From NCBI GenBank assembly GCA_021807065.1, contig JAKAPO010000001.1, positions 1 to 38,856 of the forward strand: a stretch of 38,856 nt of DNA, in the 5' to 3' direction. The notes under the pieces were generated by a model. The model did not search any database. It was not told where the DNA came from and worked only from the letters and a program-made list of their open reading frames with translations. This document shows, piece by piece, positions 32,870 to 38,856 of this stretch. Origin of the DNA: a bacterium (lineage in GTDB: Bacteria > Vulcanimicrobiota > Vulcanimicrobiia > Vulcanimicrobiales > Vulcanimicrobiaceae). The translations under genes were made by a program, and so were the position numbers. Numbering within the stretch: position 1 is the stretch's first letter; each line of letters begins with the position of its first letter.

Positions 32870-35800
32870 TTACATGACGGTAGCGCGCAGAGAGGTGGTG
32901 AAACCATCGAGCGCCGCATCGAGAACGCCGTCGGCCCGCTGCGCGAGCGCCTCGACGAATTGCGACGGGTCGCACTCGGCGAACGTATCGAGACGGTCGA
33001 CGAGCAAAGCACGATAGTGTTCCGCTTGCGGCGTCGAGTCAGGCAGGAGTCGCGCGAGCGCCGCCCACGGAAGGGCGGTTGCCGGCGGCGCCCCGTGCAG
33101 GCGCTCGGCGATCTCTCGAATGGCGGCAGGATCGTAACCGCCTCGCAGCGAGAGCGCCACTCCCGGCGCGTCCGCGGGTGCTCCGTGCGCGGCGGCGGCT
33201 TCATGGAGAAACCGCTCGATCGTCGCGCGTGACGCCGCCGATTCGATGTCGCGAGCAGTAATCGTAAAGTTGGGCAGGCGCAGCTTGATGAAGAGGCGAT
33301 CCAGCTCCTCGTGCAGCACGTCGGCGACAGGTGCGAGCGAGACCTGCCCTTCGCCCAGGACATCGGGCAGAAACGCTCGCAACGCAAACAGGTGTGTCAC
33401 GAATCCGCCGAAGTGTGCCTCGTCGACGAAACGCAACGTGCGCGCGAGCCATTCGTTACCGAAGGTCAGCAGCGTTCCGACACGGGCGGTCCCGTCCGCG
33501 TATCCGTTACCGTATGCCACTTCCGGCGCCGGAAAGGACGCATACTGACCGATGACCGGCTCGACTGCCGGCTCCACGTGCGTCTCGGCACGCGCGCCGC
33601 TATCGGCCGCTGGGCCGACGACGCCTTCCAACCCGAACTGAAGTCCGGGAATCGCGTTGGCGAAGACCGGTGCCGCCAGTACTTTCAGCTCATCGGAGGC
33701 AATCTCGTCGTAGCGGTCGTTGTCGTAGGTCACGTGCGCGACGCGTACGATCGCTTCACCCGCCGGCAGCTGATTGTGCACGACGTCCCGCCAGCGAATC
33801 GTCGCCTCGACGCCCGGATCGAACTCATTGAGAACGATCCCGCGCTCGCTCGCAAACGGCCCGACCGCGCCCACATCGCGAATCGGCACATCGTTCACCG
33901 TCGTCGAATTTGGCACATAAATAAGCGATGTCGGTTGCGCAACGCGAATCTGTACCTGCCGCGCAGGTCCGTCGCCGCCGTTACGAAGCTTCAAGACCCA
34001 CTCGACTGTCTCGCCGAGGTCCGCTGCGTCGCTCGGATGGCTGCGGAAGCTGCCCACCGAGAAATCCGGCGAAGCCGTCGTTACGATCGTCAGGCGTTCG
34101 AGCGGAACCGGAAGCATCGAGTCGGCCGTGAGCACCGCATCGACCGTCAGCGGATGCTCTTTGGGCACGCTGCGGAGCAGCCGCAGGCCCAGGCGCGCCT
34201 GCGCGGCCGCACCGGGGGCAATCTCGCCGAAGAGAATAGAGGAGCGTTCGCGAGTCGCACCTTCGACGCTTTCGAAACGCGCTTCTGGTGATATCAACAG
34301 GCGAACGCGCACGTTGCGGGCGGCATCGCTGCCGTTGTTGACGAGGTGGACGATCGCCTCGGCAAGCTGGTTTGGCCGTAAGAGCGCGCCGCTGGCGAGT
34401 TCTATGCGCGACGCACTCGTCGAGAACGCAGGATGCGAATCGACGCGCCATGAGGCCTCGCCGAGCTGCGTCTCGCCTAGTTCGCGCGTCACGAGGCTCG
34501 CGCCGACGACGATCTCACTACGATCGGCATACGGGCTGCGGACTCGCGCCTGCATCGTGATGCGGCGCGCCGCGTAGGGGTCGATCGGTCCGAGTTCGGC
34601 TGTCGCGTTCTCGAACGGAATCCGGACGCCTCGTTCTAAGAGACACGCGTCTTCGAGGGCAGGGTCGAGCCGCAATTGCAGCAGCGCCTCGGTAGCCGGC
34701 GCGCTGCCGTCGTTGGCAACGAAGATCGTCGCCTCGATCTCTTGGCCGGGCCGCACGACCTCTTCGCCCGCGCGCGAAATTACATTTCGCCGGCGCGCCA
34801 GCGCGGGTTCCGAATGAACGACGATGCTACGCTCGAAGCGTCTCGATGCCTCGTCTTGCGACGGTTCCCACGCCATCATTGCACGGATGGACAGGGCAGT
34901 GCCATCGGCGAGCGGCGCGACGACGATCGCCTCGCTGCGCAGTTCGACTCGCTCGCCGCCTTCGATGCGGCCGAGGTCGAATGCAAGGTGGTCGGCCCTG
35001 CGCTCGCGTGCCGGGCGTCCGTCGATGCGAGCGCCGCCACGAACGTGGATTAGCGAATCGGGAAGATCGAGGGACAGCGTTGCGGACTCAGCGGCCGCCG
35101 TTCCGCAGTTGTGCGCGACGAACGTGAGCACCACGCGTTCTCCGGGCCGGACTTGCGTCGAGGGCTCGACCGTCAGCACCGTACGATCGTCACCGAAGTC
35201 GGGCGCGGCATGTACGACGAGCGTCGCCGGCTGGACCGAAAATGCGGGAGTCTCCTGCGAGGCAACCTGCGCGTTGGCGACGATGAGCGTTCCGTTGGGA
35301 AGCGGCGAGTCGATCCTTACGCGATAGACGAGCATCGTGCTCGCGCTGGCTGAGAGGACCGCGCCGACGACGGGTGCGTAGACGCGATCGAAACTGCAAC
35401 CGAGATCGCGCTCGATCTCGCGGCCGTTGACGCGCGCCGATCCCGCAACGTAGCTGGTGTGCTCGGGAACCGGAGCAACTACGACGACGTCATGCGCGCT
35501 CGATTCGCCGGCATTGTGCACCCGGACGGTGATCTCCGCTTCGGTTCCCGGCGCGGGGTCTCTGCGCGTTTCGACGGTGACGCCGGTCAGAGCGTTGAGC
35601 AGCTGCGGCCGGCTTCGTGCGATCAACCGCACGACGTTCGATCCAACCGGTTGCACTTCAAACGAAGCGACCGCCGCCTGGAGCTCGATCGTGGTGCCGT
35701 TTTCGATTGCGCCGACGACGCTGTACGCGATCTCGATACGTCGCTCTTCACCCGGGCCGACGTCGCCGATGTGTGCCCCGTTGCGACCGAGAAGCGGCGA

Positions 35801-36085
35801 GTTTCCTAATTCGTCATCCAAATCGGCGCCGTCCAAGCGGCCGCTGCCGACGAGATAGACCAAGCCTTCGGGCAAGTTGAATCGCACCCGCACGCCGGTT
35901 GCCGCCGCACCTCCGTTGTTACGGAACGTGAAGACCGCGCGCACCGTCATCCCAGGTTCCAACTCGCGCTCAGGCGAAACGACGAGCGTTCTGAGACCTT
36001 CAGGCAACGTCGGCGCGCCCGGCGTGAATATTTCAGACAGGGTACGCATACAGGTTGGGCACGTTTGCTTCGCCGCTCCCGCCAT
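32870..36085 (-). CDS. Giant repeat protein: six DUF11/CARDB-like Ig-fold repeats plus an unassigned helical C-terminal domain, with no recognisable signal peptide
   Basis: Six repeats of ~115-125 aa with the pattern PG..V...F.V.N.G...A..V.V...LP..L.YV.GS (for example EPGMTVRAVFTFRNNGGAAATGVRVRFNLPEGLVYLVGSG and DLGETVEWVLKLRNGGDGPARQVQIRVAQPTSLIYVPNS). The start is ambiguous (ATG 36133, 36085 or 36049). The upstream track extension overlaps the divergent aminotransferase gene. Confidence 0.75.
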   Translation of the reverse strand: MAGAAKQTCPTCMRTLSEIFTPGAPTLPEGLRTLVVSPERELEPGMTVRAVFTFRNNGGAAATGVRVRFNLPEGLVYLVGSGRLDGADLDDELGNSPLLGRNGAHIGDVGPGEERRIEIAYSVVGAIENGTTIELQAAVASFEVQPVGSNVVRLIARSRPQLLNALTGVTVETRRDPAPGTEAEITVRVHNAGESSAHDVVVVAPVPEHTSYVAGSARVNGREIERDLGCSFDRVYAPVVGAVLSASASTMLVYRVRIDSPLPNGTLIVANAQVASQETPAFSVQPATLVVHAAPDFGDDRTVLTVEPSTQVRPGERVVLTFVAHNCGTAAAESATLSLDLPDSLIHVRGGARIDGRPARERRADHLAFDLGRIEGGERVELRSEAIVVAPLADGTALSIRAMMAWEPSQDEASRRFERSIVVHSEPALARRRNVISRAGEEVVRPGQEIEATIFVANDGSAPATEALLQLRLDPALEDACLLERGVRIPFENATAELGPIDPYAARRITMQARVRSPYADRSEIVVGASLVTRELGETQLGEASWRVDSHPAFSTSASRIELASGALLRPNQLAEAIVHLVNNGSDAARNVRVRLLISPEARFESVEGATRERSSILFGEIAPGAAAQARLGLRLLRSVPKEHPLTVDAVLTADSMLPVPLERLTIVTTASPDFSVGSFRSHPSDAADLGETVEWVLKLRNGGDGPARQVQIRVAQPTSLIYVPNSTTVNDVPIRDVGAVGPFASERGIVLNEFDPGVEATIRWRDVVHNQLPAGEAIVRVAHVTYDNDRYDEIASDELKVLAAPVFANAIPGLQFGLEGVVGPAADSGARAETHVEPAVEPVIGQYASFPAPEVAYGNGYADGTARVGTLLTFGNEWLARTLRFVDEAHFGGFVTHLFALRAFLPDVLGEGQVSLAPVADVLHEELDRLFIKLRLPNFTITARDIESAASRATIERFLHEAAAAHGAPADAPGVALSLRGGYDPAAIREIAERLHGAPPATALPWAALARLLPDSTPQAEHYRALLVDRLDTFAECDPSQFVEALAQRADGVLDAALDGFTTSLRATVM

Positions 36086-36136
36086 GCCCCCTTGGAGAAC
36101 AACTACTGCTTTCGTCACTGCTAGAGGGACCATTAG

Positions 36137-37333
36137 ATGCTTGCCACGACCCAGGATCGGATAGCCGCCGCCGTCAAGCGGCTCGGCTCCGAAAACGCTT
36201 TCCTCGTCCTCGCCCGGGCACGGGCGCTCGAGAAGCAGGGGCGCAAAGTCGTTCACCTCGAGATCGGCGAACCCGATTTCGATACGCCCGAAGCGATCAA
36301 AGCGGCCGCGGCGGCCGCCATGCGCGCGGGTTACACCCACTACACCCCGTCGGCCGGCTCGATGGACCTACGAGAAGCCATCGCCGACTATGCCGGTGCG
36401 TTTCGGGGCATTCCCTATGCGCCGAGAAACGTGGTCGTCGGTCCGGGCGCCAAGCCGCTCATTTGGAACACGCTCTGCGCACTGCTCGATCCGGGCGATG
36501 AGTTCGTCTATTTCGACCCGGCATACCCGGCCTACGCGTCGGCGGCCAGCTACCTGCAAGCCAACGTGACGGCGATACCACTGCTCGAGTCGCGGAACTG
36601 GCGCATGGATCTCGACGAGCTGGAGCGCCGGGTGAGCGACCGCACCAAACTGCTCGTCATCAACTCACCGCACAACCCCACCGGCGGCGTGCTGCAACTC
36701 GACGATCTCGAACGCATCGCCGAGCTCGCACGGCAGCACGATTTCCTCGTACTCGCCGATGAGATCTACAGCCGCAACTTCTACCTCGATCGCGGGTTCG
36801 TTTCGATTGCGTCACTCCCCGGAATGCGCGAACGGACGATCGTCGTCGACGGATTCTCGAAAGCATACGCGATGACCGGCTGGCGGCTCGGGTACGCGCT
36901 GATGCCCGAAGAACTTGCGAACGTCGTGACCCTCTTCAATAACAATACGTTTAGCTGCGTCACCTCGTTCGTGCAACAAGCCGGCATCGCTGCGCTAAAA
37001 GGACCCGATGAGCCGGTTCGCACGATGAATGCGCTTTTCCGCGAGCGCCGCGATCGCATCGTCGGGGGTCTCAATCAGATTCCGGGATTCTCGTGCGCGC
37101 TGCCGGAGGGTGCGTTCTACGCCTTCCCCAACATCTCGAAGATCACGCGCGACGACCGCGCGCTAGCAAACTTTTTGCTCGAGGAGGCCGGCGTTGCATG
37201 CACGTGGGGCTCCGCCTTCGGCGCGGCAGGCAAGGGATATCTGCGCTTCTCCTATGCAACGTCGCTCGAAGATATCGACGTCGCGCTCGACTCCATCGCA
37301 AAATCGCTGCCGAAGTTCACTCGCTCGGGTTAG
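36137..37333 (+). CDS. Pyridoxal phosphate-dependent aminotransferase, class I/II (aspartate aminotransferase-like)
   Basis: HLEIGEPDFDTP, INSPHNPTGG, FSKAYAMTGWRLGY (PLP lysine). Good SD sequence GAGGGA 7 nt upstream of the ATG. Confidence 0.9.
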   Translation: MLATTQDRIAAAVKRLGSENAFLVLARARALEKQGRKVVHLEIGEPDFDTPEAIKAAAAAAMRAGYTHYTPSAGSMDLREAIADYAGAFRGIPYAPRNVVVGPGAKPLIWNTLCALLDPGDEFVYFDPAYPAYASAASYLQANVTAIPLLESRNWRMDLDELERRVSDRTKLLVINSPHNPTGGVLQLDDLERIAELARQHDFLVLADEIYSRNFYLDRGFVSIASLPGMRERTIVVDGFSKAYAMTGWRLGYALMPEELANVVTLFNNNTFSCVTSFVQQAGIAALKGPDEPVRTMNALFRERRDRIVGGLNQIPGFSCALPEGAFYAFPNISKITRDDRALANFLLEEAGVACTWGSAFGAAGKGYLRFSYATSLEDIDVALDSIAKSLPKFTRSG

Positions 37334-37358
37334 GAACCTGGGAAAGGTTCGCCTCGAA

Positions 37359-37390
37359 CTCCACCCACTCTCGGAGCCGCTCGGGTGGAG
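37359..37390 (+). promoter_or_regulatory. Hairpin (8-bp perfect stem CTCCACCC/GGGTGGAG, 16-nt loop) whose 3' arm is the SD-like sequence of the next small ORF
   Basis: CTCCACCC at 37359..37366 is the exact reverse complement of GGGTGGAG at 37383..37390. It lies directly after the aminotransferase stop and has no T-tract, so it is not a classical intrinsic terminator. Confidence 0.25.
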
Positions 37391-37395
37391 CGAAT

Positions 37396-37557
37396 GTGAT
37401 CGCCATGCTCAGAGTTGCTCTCGCGTTTCTAGCAATGCTTGCAATTGCGGCGATTGTTTTCTTTGCGTCGCGCGGGCACGTGCTGTTCTTTCCGTTCGTC
37501 TTGATCTTGGGTGTGCCGCTCGTATGGTTGATAGGCCCTCCACGAAACCGGGCGTGA
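37396..37557 (+). CDS. Small hydrophobic membrane protein (about 53 aa)
   Basis: GTG 37396 (or ATG 37405) lies downstream of GGTGGAG. The product has two predicted TM helices (LRVALAFLAMLAIAAIVFFA, LFFPFVLILGVPLVWLIG). Its stop TGA shares one nt with the ATG of the next gene (GTGATGA). Confidence 0.35.
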   Translation: MIAMLRVALAFLAMLAIAAIVFFASRGHVLFFPFVLILGVPLVWLIGPPRNRA

Positions 37558-38090
37558 TGAGTAAGAACGCGAGCATGCTCTTGCGTCTCCCCATCGTCGC
37601 CTTCGCCGCGCTGCTTCTGGCGCAGGGTGTGGCGACTGCGGCGCCGCCGCCCATGCCCCCGCAGCCCGGGCAGTCTCAGCAGCCTCCCGTGACGCAACCA
37701 ACGATGCTTCCGTCGTTCTCGCCGACCGCAACGCCGGCGTCTACCGCGGCTCCAACGCCGGCCTACGCGCCCACGCCGCCCAGCGGCGGCGCGGTGATGC
37801 CTCGTGCCAGAGAGTGGATGCAGCGCGTACAGACCGGCAATATCGATCGTTCGCAACTGTCAGCGGCTGCGAGCGCGGCGCTCACCGCGCAGATGGTCTG
37901 GAGAATGAAGGCGAGTTACGCCAAGCTGGGCGATCCGATCGCATTCACGTTCGTGAACGAGCAGAACCTCGGCAACGGCAACACCGCGTACAACTACCGC
38001 GTGCGTTTCACCCACGCAACGCTGATCGAGAAGTTCGTTCTCGACGGCAGCGGCAAGATCAGCGGCTTGAGCTTCGCTCCCGCCTCATAG
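37557..38090 (+). CDS. Secreted hypothetical protein (signal peptide, Pro-rich linker, ~100-aa globular domain)
   Basis: MSKNASMLLRLPIVAFAALLLAQGVATA signal peptide, then PPPMPPQPGQSQQPPVTQP.. low-complexity linker, then a C-terminal domain (..AYNYRVRFTHATLIEKFVLDGSGKISGLSF). The upstream part of the track ORF overlaps the aminotransferase gene and is rejected. Confidence 0.6.
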   Translation: MSKNASMLLRLPIVAFAALLLAQGVATAAPPPMPPQPGQSQQPPVTQPTMLPSFSPTATPASTAAPTPAYAPTPPSGGAVMPRAREWMQRVQTGNIDRSQLSAAASAALTAQMVWRMKASYAKLGDPIAFTFVNEQNLGNGNTAYNYRVRFTHATLIEKFVLDGSGKISGLSFAPAS

Positions 38091-38856
38091 CAGACGCATC
38101 GCGCGTTTCACGTCGCGCAGCAGATCCGCGGCGATCTCGCGAACTCGCGCGGTACCCTCGGCGATAATCCGGCCGACTGCAGCGCGGTCGGCGCGGTAGT
38201 GCGCCAATCGCTCCCGCACCGGTCGCAGATAGGCGTTCAACGCCTCGGCGAAATCGTTCTTGTCCTGCACGCAGCCGAGTTCACCCGAGCGGCAGAGCGC
38301 CGCAACACCGTCGACGCGCAGCGGGTTCGCGAACTTCCAGAGCGCCCAGACGGGACAGATCTCCGGACGCCCCGGATCCCCTCGCCGCACTTTGAGCGGA
38401 TCCGTAACCATCGAACGCACTTTTTTGAGCGTCGTCTCCTCATCGTCACCGATCAAGATCGCGTTGTTATACGACTTGCTCATCTTGCGGCCGTCCGTGC
38501 CGGGAACTTCTGGGAATTCCGAGAGGGTGGGCTGCGGTTCGATCAAGACCGGTTCCCCGTCGGCGTACAGCGAATTGAACCGCCGCACCACCTCGCGCGC
38601 GAACTCCAGGTGCGCGACCTGATCGCGACCGACCGGCACGCGTTCTCCGCGAACGACCGCAATGTCGCACAACTGCAAGAGAGGATATCCGAGGAAACCG
38701 TAGGTAGCGATCTCGGTGCCCAACTGCTCGATCTGCCCCTTGAAACTGGGAACGCGCTCGAGCCACGAGACCGGTACGATCATCGAGAGCAGCGCGTGAA
38801 GCTCGCCGATCTCTGGGACCGCGGATTGTAAGTAGATCGTGGCCTTCGCCGGATCG
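38085..38856 (-). CDS. trpS: Tryptophanyl-tRNA synthetase, N-terminus beyond window
   Basis: KMSKS motif (GRKMSKSYNN) and PVGRDQVAHLEFAREVVRRFN. The frame stays open to the window edge (..DPAKATIYLQSAVPEIGELHALLSMIVPVSWL..). Confidence 0.93.
   Translation of the reverse strand, partial: DPAKATIYLQSAVPEIGELHALLSMIVPVSWLERVPSFKGQIEQLGTEIATYGFLGYPLLQLCDIAVVRGERVPVGRDQVAHLEFAREVVRRFNSLYADGEPVLIEPQPTLSEFPEVPGTDGRKMSKSYNNAILIGDDEETTLKKVRSMVTDPLKVRRGDPGRPEICPVWALWKFANPLRVDGVAALCRSGELGCVQDKNDFAEALNAYLRPVRERLAHYRADRAAVGRIIAEGTARVREIAADLLRDVKRAMRLL

Noticed and set aside
37093-37556. The upstream portions of ORFs 37093..37557 and 37194..38090.
   Set aside because: They overlap the 3' end of the aminotransferase gene in other frames. 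Only the hydrophobic C-terminal part (from 37396) and the signal-peptide-containing part (from 37557) look protein-like.
1-38856. A search for CRISPR arrays, tRNA/rRNA genes, transposases/integrases, and toxin-antitoxin or known defence-system genes.
   Set aside because: No regularly spaced direct repeats were seen. No non-coding gap is long enough for a tRNA with cloverleaf features. No transposase, integrase or recombinase motifs appear in any frame. The only defence-related trace is the degraded HNH remnant.

Overview
A 38.9 kb, gene-dense, G+C-rich bacterial chromosomal segment with about 40 genes. I found no rRNA, tRNA, CRISPR array or intact mobile element. Most genes are housekeeping and sit in long co-directional arrays with 1-4 nt stop/start overlaps.

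(1) Minus-strand array hisS -> aspS (15684..2049). The usually adjacent hisS/aspS pair is separated by about 10.6 kb holding 11 genes. These are a stand-alone BCCP, gmhA, a split hldA/hldC ADP-heptose pathway, an LpxB-like GT19, three GT2, two GT9 heptosyltransferase-like genes, and an OpuC-type osmoprotectant/choline ABC importer wedged between the glycosyltransferases.

(2) Minus-strand array fabF-rnc-smc-purH.

(3) Plus-strand array rpmA-obg-nadD-DUF3465-maf-mreC-mreD-mrdA, with no mreB or rodA in it.

(4) The least explainable locus is a minus-strand three-gene operon (31813..about 36085). It encodes a giant protein of more than 1000 aa with six DUF11/CARDB-like repeats and no signal peptide. 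Its roughly 180-aa C-terminal domain recurs as a separate downstream gene. A TM-anchored HEAT-like protein lies between the two, and a paralogue of that protein ends the neighbouring mre/mrdA operon.

Other items:
- A GTCATCCCGAGCGC-type REP-like composite repeat is present twice, once in-frame inside a permease gene.
- A frameshifted HNH endonuclease remnant lies in an apparently lower-GC islet with a glyoxalase gene.
- L27 carries a Firmicute-style N-terminal propeptide, but neither rplU nor prp is nearby.
- obg lacks a canonical start codon at its conserved N-terminus.
- Promoter-like -10 boxes sit 9-10 nt upstream of two start codons (rpmA, hisS), which suggests leaderless mRNAs.

All functional calls come from reading motifs in the supplied translations. 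No database search was run.
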